Of a DNA stretch of 64,000 bases, positions 12,201-23,865 are shown piece after piece. Source of the DNA: Bugula neritina (lineage: Eukaryota; Animalia; Bryozoa). The position numbers and the translations under genes were made by a program. The stretch is from positions 23,345,319 to 23,409,318 of the forward strand of contig OZ037768.1 of NCBI GenBank assembly GCA_964035545.1, in the 5' to 3' direction. The notes under the pieces were generated by a model. It had not been told where the DNA came from and did not search any database. It was given only the letters and a program-made list of their open reading frames with translations. Every line of letters starts with the position of its first letter. Position 1 is the stretch's first letter.

Positions 12201-15200
12201 GCATTCAACTAGCAACAAATTTACTTTTTGTAGTCTCATGATGACATGTTTGATGACCACCAAAAGATGGCCATTTCTGACTACAAAATACAGTCCAAGA
12301 GACTGAAAAGAAAAACTTGTCCTAAACATAAAGGGCATCCTTACACAACAGGCTGTAAAACTTGTGTTCAGATATTCTGTCTCATGTGTGTGCCTGAGAA
12401 CACCTCTTGTGTTGGCGGTAAGTATCTCTCACTGTTATAGCCTATACTAATATCTGATAATCACTAAGAGTGAGTAGATGGTTTCATCCCAAATAGACGC
12501 TTTCCAGTTATATAGAAGCTATATATATAAGGCTAAATTTCCAACTTGGACATTTCCCAGTTAGACGCTATGTTTTATTTTGGTGCCATATAATTACATA
12601 CTAATATACCTATCTATATTATAGCTATATAACTGTTGTATTGATTGCTAAATAGCTAAAGTGCAAATGACTATAATATATAGCTAACATGAATTATCTG
12701 GAATAATATTCTAATTTTCATAGATTTTCGTGGGACAAAAAACAGTAATATAATAATAAGAACACTATCATTAATTAATGAATATGTTCATTAACAAAAT
12801 ATCTTTTCAAACAAATAGCAGTAAATATGTAAAATTGTTATTTTAATGCAGATCAAACAAATATATTCATGTGCTCAATGGGCAATACATGCTTTATTTG
12901 AAGAGACATATTATATTTAAACCATATTCAAATAAATTGCACATAAAACATATATTGTACCAAAATAAATAAATAATGTCTATATATAACCGGAAAGTGT
13001 CCAAGTGGGAAGCATCTAAGTAAGAAATTTAACCTAGCGTCTAACTGGGAAGCACCTATTTGGGATGACACTGAGTAGATATAGTTGATATACTATGTTA
13101 TGTAGCTTGCTGATATAGTTTTACACTGACCATTATTCCCAATATAACTGTATAATTATACAGGTTCAGCTCATGAGGTATTGAGTCTAGATGAACTGAT
13201 TAAACACCTCACAGATATAAATAGTCTGATTGCTGCAGAAGAAAAGATGTCTGCCTTCTTTAAACAAATATCAAAAACTGTATCAGACTTTGATTCTGAA
13301 ACCAGCTGTTTGTTGGAAGTACTTCACACTAAACGTGATCAGCAGGTGACTGTTTATATGTGTGTAGCTTTAGTTTTTAGAGTAGAATAATCATATTTTT
13401 TGAGAAAAGTTTATTAAAAAATTTAACAGCTAAGTTATTGAATCATGAGCTTTCTTACAAGCAGTAACTAAAATATTTTTCAATTCTGTTGAATTGTTTG
13501 CTTTAGTATCTATAGTTACTTCACTCTGCTTTTTGCACATGCATGAGGTTTATTCTCAATTATTTGTCAGAATTTAAATTAAAGTTGTGCTATAATAAGT
13601 ACTTAGTAAAGATATTCTTAATTTTAAGCACTCACTGAAAGTCTCGTAATATATTGGTTGCTTAAGAAGCCAAATAGATTTGACTTGTTTTACACCTGTT
13701 AAGTTGAGCAGTAACCTTGTTGGCTTAACTAGCTGGAATTTTGTGTAAAATGATAATAGGTTAATGCGCAAATACTATAATAGTAACTAGAGAAACTATT
13801 TCTAACGTCAATTTTTATAAACTGTTACCTACTTGTAATTAAATTGTTTGATCACTTGCTATGATGTAAACTTCTTGTTTAGTTGGCTGCTATAAAACTC
13901 AAGTATGACCAGCTTGAGGAAGAATTCTTAGCTAGTAGAAAGAAAGTCAGTGAAGAACTCAACAGATACATGGAAAGAGAAGTTGGAACTGTTTGGACTG
14001 AATTGAGTAACAATAGAAGAAAGATAGAAGCTCAACTTAGACACGATAATCAGGTGTGTTATAGTACAGTCTGTGTGTTTGTGTCAAATTATAAGTATAT
14101 GTTTGAATAGCTGCATGGTAGTTAATAAAATCTTTTATTAGATAATGCCAATGTTAAGATGTTAGGTAAAATTGGCACCGGTAAAAATGACACAGGAATA
14201 AAAAGGGCACAAATAGAAAAGTAAGAAAAATTAATGGCACACTGATGTTAAATTTTTTTAAACCCCTAACTCCAACCTCAAATTTAAACCCTCATTCCTA
14301 AACCTAAACTCCACCCCTACAACCACTCAATCCCACCCTAAACCCCAGTTTTAAAAATGTGTCATTTTTACATACTTTGCAATTTGTGCCATTATTACCT
14401 GTGCCATTTTTACTGGACACCCACTTTTTCCTTAACCCAGGGAACTGAGCAATGTCTATAGGCTTTCATTGTGAGATATTAACTAACAGAAAACGATAAA
14501 GTAAGCATTACGTTTTCACAAGTTTTAACCAATTGACACAGTGGCTTCTACAACGGTGACTGATTACTCTAGAGTCTAGTGCTTGTCCTGTTGTGTTGTC
14601 ACAGAAGTACTGAGTTATATGTTAGTCTAAGTTATATAGTTAAACTTCTAAATTCTGACAGGTTGACTTAGTTGAAAGATGGGAAGATATTAAAGGTAGA
14701 GTACAAACACTGAGCTCTGTTCAGTCAGCTGAAATGAAACTCTGTGATGTCATGTCTCTAGAGGTCAAAAGTAAGTTACCATAGTTATAGCTGAGAGAAT
14801 TGTGATCACAGACAGTTCTTTTGTGTTATAGCTTCTAGCTTTGTTCTATATATAGTATTTGCATTTTTTAGTTATAGGAAATATATATTTCTATGATTAA
14901 TTTCTATTTGCAGAAGAAAAGGAAAACATAAAAGTGGAAATATTGTCATCAACAGACATACATCTGAGCTCACTTCATGGAGTCATGAACTATCCTAGTA
15001 TTCCTAAATCTCTCAAACTTCTCAAGACTATTGGGTTTTATAATGGCTGCTTTTCTGTCTGTAGTTATGGTGGTAGCACTTACGTTGGGCTTCGGTACAG
15101 CATAGTTAGAATAAATGAGGACTTTACTCTTACTGGGTTAGTTACCATTAGTAGATGTGTGAGATCAGTAGCAGTTTATAAAGATAAACTCTACGTTTTA

Positions 15201-16436
15201 ACTGATTCCTACGTACAAAGCAGAAAAACACGCATCCTACAATATCAAGTGATAGTATACACTCTTGATGGTCAGCAGGTGACCAGCTGGACTCGCAGAG
15301 ATGAAAGTGAGTCACAAAACAAACTCATGATCATTGATGATCAGATTCTTATTCCTGATAGAAGTAACACAAGGATCACAGTCTACTCTCTTGTTGGGGA
15401 GGAAGTAAAGCATATTCCTTGCTCTCTGCTAAGTCAAAACTCCACAGGTGCTATGTGTGCAGCAGACAGCCACTGTGTAGTAGTTTCTGATTCCTCTCAA
15501 ATATTTAAACTAGACCTGACAACAGAGAAAGTCATCTGGACATGCAAGGAGGTGACTGAACCACAAGGTGTGACCTGCTATAGAAGTAAATACATTCTTG
15601 TGACCAAAGGAGACAGTACAACTACTATTTGTATACTGGATGTGAAGACAGGTTAGTAAACAGAAGTCATAGCAGTTTTTACTGAGCACTGCTATTATTT
15701 TACAGTCTGTCACTTGTACTCTGTGTTTTGACTGCCCAGCTTCATAACGTATTTTTATATTTCTGGTGTTTTTAGCCTTTCCTTCACTTGAAGCTTAACA
15801 TAAATGCTTTGAATTATTATGGTTTCATAACACATATGCCTTTTTATAAGAGCTGTCAGTAGATGTCTCAACAGAATTTATTCTAACGCCTAATTGCTTT
15901 CAGTATCTTGAGTTATTTGAGAACTTTAAAAGAAGTTACAAGGCTTATAACTTATAATATGTTGTGTATAATTAAACTAACTATACTGGTTTTAAATGAA
16001 ACTTCAAAGATTTATACACAGCATCATAGCAACATGGAGCTAAAATGAAAGTGTCTGCAAGGATGTAAAGCTAATGTTTGCAGTGCTCACATATCCTCAA
16101 TTTCAAGCCAACAGGCCAACTATCATACAGCTCCATGTTGTACCTATAAAAAAAATGTTTTGTGACTAAGCTCTAACACTTGGATTTACTCAATTACTGT
16201 ATTATATCACCAGACTATTTAAATTGTTTATGTTTATTGAGAATTATTACATTAGCTTTGTTGTTACAGCATCTTCCATGTGTCTGTCTGCAACATATCT
16301 GATTACATCAATTTCTGTTGTAGGCAAACTCTTGTCTGAGATATCCAGTATATATTTTCCTAGAATGTTGTTTAGAGACATAAAAAAACTGCCTATGCAC
16401 AACATACTTTGCATCTGTTTAGTATCTCGTAATTAG
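6214..16436 (+). CDS. TRIM-like gene copy B (RING-Bbox-Bbox-coiled coil-NHL-like propeller); last coding exon interrupted, so C-terminally altered or pseudogenised
   Basis: Exons 6214-6374, 11960-12116, 12234-12417, 13164-13345, 13883-14053, 14662-14770, 14914-15651 and 16324-16345, all GT-AG with consistent phase. Exon 8 reads into transposon sequence to a stop at 16436. The remainder of exon 8 is at 36859-36991. Confidence 0.85.
6483..6835 (+). repeat. 5' LTR
   Basis: Direct repeat of 11486-11838; one substitution seen (GGAGACTT vs GGAGGCTT). Confidence 0.96.
6837..6854 (+). promoter_or_regulatory. Primer-binding site complementary to the tRNA-Leu 3' end
   Basis: TGGTGGCAGCGGTGGGAT, 1 nt after the LTR; reverse complement ATCCCACCGCTGCCACCA matches the conserved metazoan tRNA-Leu(AAG/UAG) 3' end as I recall it. 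Confidence 0.85.
6871..7821 (+). CDS. gag: Gag (intact, 316 aa from the first ATG) with CCHC zinc knuckle
   Basis: KAPTFTGEEAVEQFIQEF capsid-like start; CWGCGRPGHFQRNC knuckle; uninterrupted ORF immediately after the PBS. Confidence 0.9.
   Translation: MAEDGTELPIPLNEGERDNVDIPVEPVVLEEEVRIPREHGEDRYRLKAPTFTGEEAVEQFIQEFQDVMEIAQWPPRVALLKLRMALTDKAKPYGAGPDIDGIFASLRARFGISPIDARARLQRLRRDPHTSLQEHAATVYPLAQIAFCDLPPVHRERYTYDAFVQSINDLGLHHQFQARGVTTVEDALAVAEAYLMATHMHRNRVASRQVTTEHTTAHTEPNAEPSAVANVNQMSLASKVAQMTDMLDKLVATLAPPSQVDTAREPCGPQVQSPGMGHNFCWGCGRPGHFQRNCPQLQQGLNYHGPQMFPPLAGRL
7770..7835 (+). promoter_or_regulatory. Putative -1 ribosomal frameshift signal (G-TTA-AAC plus stem-loop or pseudoknot)
   Basis: Heptamer 7770-7776 is in the gag frame and the protease ORF is in the -1 frame. 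Perfect 10-bp stem ACGGCCCGCA (7781-7790) / TGCGGGCCGT (7806-7815). Loop CCTCT can pair with AGAGG at 7831-7835. Confidence 0.7.
7770..10114 (+). pseudogene. pol: Reduced pol: protease, spacer, integrase zinc-binding region and Pro-rich tail; RT, RNase H and integrase DDE core absent
   Basis: FLLDSGCTTNLLS protease motif; frameshift in the G-run at 8264-8267; TGA at 8414-8416. ORF 8450-10114 has THEKTHGG...YWPNM...CKVC but no YxDD, RNase H or DDE motifs, unlike the related element at 42700-46600. Confidence 0.85.
10542..11183 (+). CDS. Accessory ORF3 of the LTR element: tandem C2H2 and C2HC zinc fingers, Pro-rich linker, leucine-zipper-like basic C-terminus
   Basis: CQVC-x12-H-x3-H then CPC-x12-H-x3-C; heptads LANVEER LVRLQAE FTQLAPD LLDTTTG LYQLKDS VGRLKRR L. 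An upstream in-frame ATG at 10470 is separated by TAG at 10530-10532; candidate splice acceptor TTTCAG ending at 10416. Confidence 0.72.
   Translation: MTERRIEEAWEPSGPHRTCQVCFEECPSHRSLRLHVDAHFLLHFCPCGFHDVYPYPVTVHKLSCFAGENHTVDEDSFPQYLDAIKPVIKKAITLAALASGFQVLLLSARHKSPMVQGPSPTPVNPSNTPELEGTTIPPLTEPTTTPPRRSQLANVEERLVRLQAEFTQLAPDLLDTTTGLYQLKDSVGRLKRRLRARQARHRARSLQESESTQ
11475..11485 (+). promoter_or_regulatory. Polypurine tract
   Basis: GGGGGGGGCGG immediately before the 3' LTR. Confidence 0.75.
11486..11838 (+). repeat. 3' LTR
   Basis: Direct repeat of 6483-6835, followed by TSD GTAT. Confidence 0.96.
12480..13071. mobile_element. MITE with 9-bp TSD (Mutator-like) in intron 3 of copy B
   Basis: TSD TGAGTAGAT at 12471-12479 and 13072-13080; imperfect TIRs GGTTTCATCCCAAATAG... 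/ ...CTATTTGGGATGACAC with subterminal CCCAGTTAGACGC repeats; absent from the same intron in C and D. Confidence 0.8.
14165..14421. mobile_element. Small inverted-repeat element with GGTAAAAATGGCAC-type subterminal repeats and an AACCCT-rich core
   Basis: Left GGTAAAATTGGCACCGGTAAAAATGACAC is inverted relative to right GTGCCATTATTACCTGTGCCATTTTTAC; related fragments near 5760 and 38210. Boundaries approximate. Confidence 0.55.
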
Positions 16437-18699
16437 ACATAAAAAAATCAAAGCCAATTATAAGGCAAAAGACCATAATACTGTACTATCATTGGATAGT
16501 TCTTCATCAAATAACAGGTAGTTGCCAGTGGTGGATATGAACCCCTCCTAGATGTTTCTCGTACTTCTTCCTCAAAAAACATTTTCATTAAGCCAAAAAG
16601 AAATAACAATACACCTTTTTAGTTGACACTTTATAATTTCTGACTGATATTTCACCTTATTTCCAATTATAATTAACTTTTAACCGGCACTTTTCTTTGT
16701 AGTAATTCCTACCCTTTAGACTGTGTACTTTGAAATGAGTCTGTTTTACTCGTTACATAAAGTATAGTTGCACTGGCTACAGGTTGACACAAAAGCAAGC
16801 CTATCTTGATAAAATCATGCGCAAATGTAGAAACTACCGAGGAGTTTGTTCCTCATAATTAGAAATTGACAAATTATTTTTAATCCGTTTAAAAGCATCT
16901 GGTTAGGGAAGCATATGCCGTGTTCAATTTCTTATTCTAGCATTAACAATAACAGAATGCAATAATTATAAGTTTATGAAAGTAATTTGTTTTCTTTCTA
17001 AATACAAATATAATATTTTAGTATAATATATTGTAAATTTATAAGGCTTGCATTAGGAATAACGCAGCTAAAACATCATTTTCCTTAAAGCCTTAAAAAT
17101 ATATAAGTATAACATAATACACTATGCCAATAAACTTATTAAAGTACCAAGCAAGCTTAGCTAGTTTAAGAAAAATTACACTAGGTAAATTACCATTATT
17201 TATAGAATGCTTGCTGATATTAGCTTTTGATGTAATTAAAGTAAATTATTATTTATCTTTCTAGCTAAGGATTTCTTGCCGTAAGTTTTGCTTTTATGCA
17301 TGGAGAAATGTCGTAACAAACGAGTTAAATTTTTATAGCACATAAAAATGTAATCTATAAGTCGAAGATATTTAAACTTAGCCATTAACTCATTTTAATT
17401 AGAAATGTAGCCTAAATCTAATACAATACAAAATATATACCAGTATATATAATATATTTTTACCATGCTGTTAATTACAGTATTTGTAAGACAAATTTTA
17501 TGCTCATTAATTAAATGCAACAAATATTTATAAAATACTAATAATGTTGAATAAATAAATTCAATAATTCCTTTTCTATTTAAATGGCTGCATAATTTCT
17601 TGCAAGGTTGTATAAAGGAGTTGTGGCCCACAACTTATTATGTGTTCAATTGCCACATATGTCTTAGGAAGAAGAAAACTCCCCAAAAATTCTTAGTTTG
17701 AAAATTCTAGTATAATTAAAATCACTTAATATATGTCTTTGAAATGCATTTTGCCACTCTACAAAGTTGCAGGAACAAATATTGCATGAAGTAATAAATG
17801 ATTTATGAAGTAATTAACAAACCAATGTAAAAACTGTTGTTGTATATAGAACACAACATATTGATTGTCTTCAATTTCCACATCAAATCTATATATTCAA
17901 TTATATCTAACCAATGCTAATAAACTAAACATGCATGCATACAAATATTTGCATCATATGCACGTAATATTAGCTAATTAGCAACTATAGCATTTTTTTC
18001 ATTATCTTTATTGCTTGCATATGTCTAAGTATTATTAAAATAAGGTTTTTATTTGCAACTTTGCACCACAAATTACATAAAATCTAAAAACTTGAGTTGT
18101 GACATACGGCTACCTATACACAAATAGACCTTCATAAAACTCTCAATGATTTTATTCAACTCATGTATGCAAAAGTTTTGCTTTAAAACAATTCTTCTAA
18201 ACCATCCTAGAGCAGGGAATTATTACAAAAACAGCTTCTCATATATAATCTTTCCCCAGATTAATTTTTTTCCCTGTATTTAAACTAACTTAGCAAGTGA
18301 AGATTGTGATATCACTCAGGTAATCACATATATATTATTCATAGCTGTAATACTTTAGCAATGAATAGATCATGTTTAATTTCCACTCTACCTAGCAGTT
18401 TTTCAGAATTATAGAGCTATGTATATCGTGAAATTGAAATAGCCTAATAGTTTTACATGTGTTTATAGCTAGACAAATTAACTTAAAAAGCTTGCAATAA
18501 TTAGATGATATTTGCATTCTTTTGAAGGTTATGGTGAAGCTACTGCAAAACTGGCCATTAGTTTAGCATAATATGCAATGCCACGCAAAAGCATGCCAAA
18601 CAAGCAATGTTTATTTACCTTACCAGTGCAATTTTATCACCTTAAACACAAAAGCAAGTATAAAATACACATCCATATTAGATTAACTGTCAAGTTAAA

Positions 18700-20150
18700 A
18701 AAAGACAACATATATTCATGAGCTGGTTCTGTTTGCACAAGTACAATTTAGACCAGCTTATTATTTAGATTGCCACAAAAATATGACGTAAAATATGTCT
18801 TTAATCATTATTTTGATATTCACTGGTTGAAGATATTTTTTATATCCTAATATGTAAATATTGTACATAAATCTTAAAAATTAACTAGGTGAATAAGGAA
18901 AACTGCTAATTTTATGAAACTGTTATGTTAATAAAGACAATGGCCATCAACAAATCCCACCAGACCACAAACTAATTGTAAATACTAAAGCAATTATATA
19001 GTGCTATGTGTTGATCTAGCCTAGTCAATACACCACAAATATGTATTATGACATACCACATTTTAAGTACTGGGTTACCACTTATTCTAATGGGTATTTG
19101 TTTAAACTGTTATATACAGCTTTTTGCACTACCAATATACAAGCCAGTTGTTATTCTGTCACTTTTTATCTACATCTCTTTTTAATGCCAGTTACTTGTT
19201 AGCTTCAGTACAAACAGCTAAACATTCTACTCTACAGCCAATCTTACTGTTAACTCTTGTTTAACAATATTACAAGAATCTAAAAATTTGAGTGTGTTTT
19301 AAGTATAATATTCTATCATTATAACTTTTAAATGAAACAATAATATGATAAATGCATTATAACTTTCTGAAAAGTTTGTTTGCAAAGTATATGTTTTTGG
19401 AAAATAGTTTTACAACATTTGCTAGGAGCATTATATTTATTCCTATCTAAAATAATTTTGTTTGAACTGCTATGTTTGTAATCATGTAATCAGAAGTAAA
19501 GCATCAGTAAAATGAGTATAAGTAGAAGCTTGACAGCTACATTAGGCATTGCTACATAGTACATAAATATATGGCCGTATTAAATACTTAGCTGCATTCA
19601 CAGATAAATGCATGGCTTGGAACTACAATACCATGAATACATTATTTATTTAGCTAGGTAACTATACAATTATGCCAAAGTGAAAAGCCTTTGGTTATTA
19701 ATGCCTGAAATGTCTAACAATCTACTTGAGAGACCACCTTGTTGTTACAGAGTGAATGAGTTATTTGTTTGGCATTTGGATGATGGCACAAAGAAAGGCT
19801 ATTTGGTTTGTTACTTGAGACTAGTAGCAAACCGCTACAGTCATAGCATCTTAGGAGATTTTGCATCACTTGCTAGAATTGTACATTATTTTAATGTAGC
19901 TATTGAAATTAATATCTCACTGAAAACACAGTATTGCAAAATCTTAAGCTGTACATAATTATATTATGCATCTAAAAGTACTTCTGCTATTCGACTATCT
20001 CAGGTTTATTTTAAACTAGCACTGCCAAAGTGCCTTGACTCTATTACAGTGTTTACTAGCTAATTTTGTTCTTCTCAATAGTGAAATAGATCTATTGCAA
20101 GAAATTAATGACTAGATATAACAATAATGATTTTTAGGCAAGACTTTCGC
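18700..20150 (-). pseudogene. Heavily decayed hAT transposase remnant
   Basis: Minus-strand fragments in the expected order: FRCII..YVQL (CxxH region, about 19940-19975), LIHSVTTRWS (TRWNS motif, 19732-19760), LTRLDQH (LDPR-like, about 19010-19030), KLYLCK...AHEYMLS (SERxFS-like, about 18705-18760). Many stops and frameshifts; only the TRWS match is strong. Confidence 0.55.
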
Positions 20151-21395
20151 ATCTATATTGCTCATCTGCTAGCTTGAAATACCCCTCTCCTTGGACTAAT
20201 CTCAGGCTTTTCATTGTTGTTTAAACAGTTTTTAAACTCCTATTTCAATAAATCATTACCAACACTGCCCGCATGTATTAATATTCATTAGTGCCATCAA
20301 TGCACTGTGGAGACAGCACCTGATGTTCTGTATATTACATTATAGTACAGAGATACTAAATCCAAAACATCTAAAATAATTGATGCTTCTACCAGATTTT
20401 TAGCACACCTATAATATGTATTCCTGTAGTAAATATTAATAAGATGTTTTAACTGATAGTTTTTATGCCATTATAATAGTTTGATACTATAACTACAACT
20501 TGAAACTCTTTAACCAGCACATTGGTTAGTAATATTGCTTCTTGATATTTAATTGCTGGTTCACAAACTATCAATAATAGGGATGCATATCAAAACTTGA
20601 CTGCATTCATAATATGATTTTAATGCTAGGTAATGACTAAGCATGTCTGGCTGATATGAGGTGACTATTTTGTACACTGTTTAACAACATCAGCTTTTTG
20701 GGTTCATTTAAAGCATCTGCAAATCTGTATTATACATAATTACTGTTAGGGCCAATTAATTAAATTGTTAACCCTGAAATGCTTTTTACACTGTATACTA
20801 AGTAGTAAAAGATATGTATATATATATAAACTGATTGTAATTTATACATAACATTGTACATTTAAAAAAAATCACAAAATACATAATTTATTAGCTAAAT
20901 TTCAAGGCGTTTTGTAGGTAGTGGGTTAATGTCAATAAAGTAGAATCCGGGAAGTTGAGTAGCTTTATTCAAGAGGAAGGCTCTCCAACAGTTCTACCAA
21001 AGCCTAAATAACATGTATAAAATAAAGGTTATATGCACAATTTTTTTTCCAAAACAGCCTGCAACTGTTTTGCTATTGCATATGCCCTATGCCATTCATC
21101 AAGTAGAACAATTTTAACCAGGATATCTAGAAAAGTTGACACAAGGGCTTTATAAACTATGTAACAGTAAAACTGTGAGTAGAAATTAATTGACACTAAT
21201 GAATAATGCTTTAGGTGCTGGCAACAACCATAAAAGAAAAGTTATATAACAAACAAATAGAAAAAGCACTAAACAAATCAACAGCATTATATACAATTGG
21301 GGCACATACATGAAAACAGCAGCTAGTGTCATTTTCTTAAGACAGCACTATTTTAGGTATAAATTTAAGAAGTATTAGAAAATTCAGAAATTTAC

Positions 21396-21812
21396 TGCAA
21401 TTGGTTCATTTTATTTAAGTTAGTACATACTGAAGATCTCAAGTTTTTGCTAATGAACATGAGTTTTGGCCCAAAACTAAAAAAATATCAATAAATACAC
21501 CTAAATAATCAAGGCTCTTTTTAATTTTCTTTGATTTCCTATGCTTTTTTCTAATTACAGCAACTTCTGACTGGGGATCGCCACGGTTAGTTTGTAACAG
21601 TAGGCAATCCAAATGAAATGAATAAATAGGAAAAAAACATGAGAAATCATGCAAAATTAAGAAGAACCTTGATTATTTAGGTGTATTTCTTGATGTCTCA
21701 CTAATTTTAAGCAAAAAGCATTGTTCATTAGCAGCTAAAATGTAAAAATGGCTAAAAACTGCAGATTTCCAGTGTGTACTAAATTAAATAAAAGGACTCA
21801 ATCACCTTTGCA
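21396..21812. mobile_element. Foldback/MITE-like inverted repeat nested in the giant element
   Basis: AAATACACCTAAATAATCAAGG (about 21493) is inverted as CCTTGATTATTTAGGTGTATTT (about 21667), with further matching arms outward. Ends approximate. Confidence 0.65.
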
Positions 21813-23865
21813 ACATAATTCAATAATTGCATGGTCAAGCAGAATAAACTACAATTAACAGCAACAACAGTGTAATAGTTGCGTAGAAAAGTTGTACTGC
21901 AAAAAACTAAAAGAATGCAAAATCTATAAATGTGTGCTACCAAGTAAATGCTGAACAGACATCATGAAATAGTGTACGAAATACAAACTATTAAACTTAC
22001 CTGTTGATCTAATGCAGCCAAAACCTTAAGCTTAGAGTAGTGGAATGGTGCTGTTCGATGTTGATATGCTACAAGTAGCTAAGATGACTCAAATTCTTGC
22101 CTTTAGGAGTAAGAGGCCTCAGCTCAGTTTCAACAAAACTTCCAATAATCTCAACGGATGCGCTCAATTAGGAGCCACAACAAAGCACACCCATGTCATT
22201 TTAGTAAACTCTAAAAAATGAACGGAAATAAAACTGTTAGAGAGTAAACAGAGAAACATATAGTGATGGGGGAAAAACCTGTCAGCAAAGGTTATATACA
22301 CTCATAGCCATAACACGAAGAAAAAGATAATGAATAACAACCTATTCAAGATGACACAAGAAACCAAACAAATTTCTTTGACTAAAAAATATAATTAAAT
22401 ACTATATTACTTAGCAAAAAATATTTGTTTTGAACAACGTATTATTGGGAAGAATTGCCAGTGTCTTAAATTTTGAGATTAAAGTTTCTGCCTTATAGCG
22501 GAAATAGAGAGGCAATCAATAGTGTACAAAACATGTTTTCAGTCATTGGCTGTTGACTAAATTGACAAAGTTAAAGAAAGCTTCCATATCATTATTTATT
22601 TTGTTCTCAAGTGTGTGGTTACAGTTTCATGAGTCAGAAATATAATTATTTGAGATATGAAATCAAATGTAGTCAAAAGAGTGTCATACAATTTAAAATG
22701 TAGTAATAGAGCTTTGACAATAATTTCTTCTGCTAAGTAAAACAGGTACCATTATGTGCTACTTATCTTTTAGAGATGAACATCAAGGATGTTGAAAACA
22801 AAATAGTTGTAAATTACAGCAAATACCTTTCTACTTACCTAACCAGAGAAAATAAGTTTTCAACCTTGCATGCACTCAGCTGGTTTTCAATGTTTGGATC
22901 AGTGACATCTTTATAACTGATAGCAGCATTATGTGATAGCTTTAGGAATTGTTACCTTAAATCTAAATTATATAGAACAAGAAGTGCAAAAATATGGCAT
23001 TAGTACTCATTGCACAATACAAACTTGCTAGAGTAGCTAATCTAGCATCACATTAATTTAAGAAAGACAAAATTTTATTACTGTTCACAAATGATGAATA
23101 TTAAAATTTGAATAATTAGACAAATTAACAATGATATTGATGTTACTTCAAACATTACTAATGGTAAACACCAAAATACTAATAGGAATAGTCATGTTAA
23201 CATCAATTAGAAAAGTAAAGATAATTTGAAAATGAGACAGTTTATAGGTCTAACTCTTATAGTTGACAAGCAATTACAGGGCAGTCATATTGATGTAGGC
23301 TACCCTCAAAATGTAGCACTTTAAAAATATTAAAAAGACAGCACATATAAGAACATAATCTTAAAAATAGGCATATGTGACACCTATATTTTGATTAACA
23401 AAGAAATCTTCTTTACTTTATTAATCTAGCTCATATAATGGTATTCTGTCTTAGTATGTCATTTTAATACTTGAAATCTAATCAGCTACAGAAAAGTACT
23501 TCAATTCAAAGGCCTTCATAATTATTCTTTAGTTTGCTATTTAAATAGACAGTAAGGTTGATGAATAAAATAAAAGTTAGTAAAGTAAAAACTAAATAAA
23601 TTGAGAATAATATCTCCACTCTAAGGTTATAATCCTTATAAATTAACATTTTAATACTCCTGTTATCCTTAGGTATAGTTGTTAGCAATTTAACTATGAG
23701 CTCGAAGCCAAATGTCAGTATCAGCATCCCCATTACATTGACTAAGACTGACTTTATAACCCTCAAGCTGTGGCACTCAATTTCTATAAGTAGTAACTAA
23801 TAACAAATATAAAATTATTTATTTGCTACTGATAGTGATAATAATAATAATTAAAAATAATAATA

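Noticed and set aside
14260-14346. Telomere-like AACCCT repeats
   Set aside because: Degenerate and enclosed by inverted repeats of a small element; not a telomere.
23506-23766. Hydrophobic 86-aa ORF resembling a membrane protein
   Set aside because: Non-ATG start, AT-rich codon bias explains hydrophobicity, no recognisable family.
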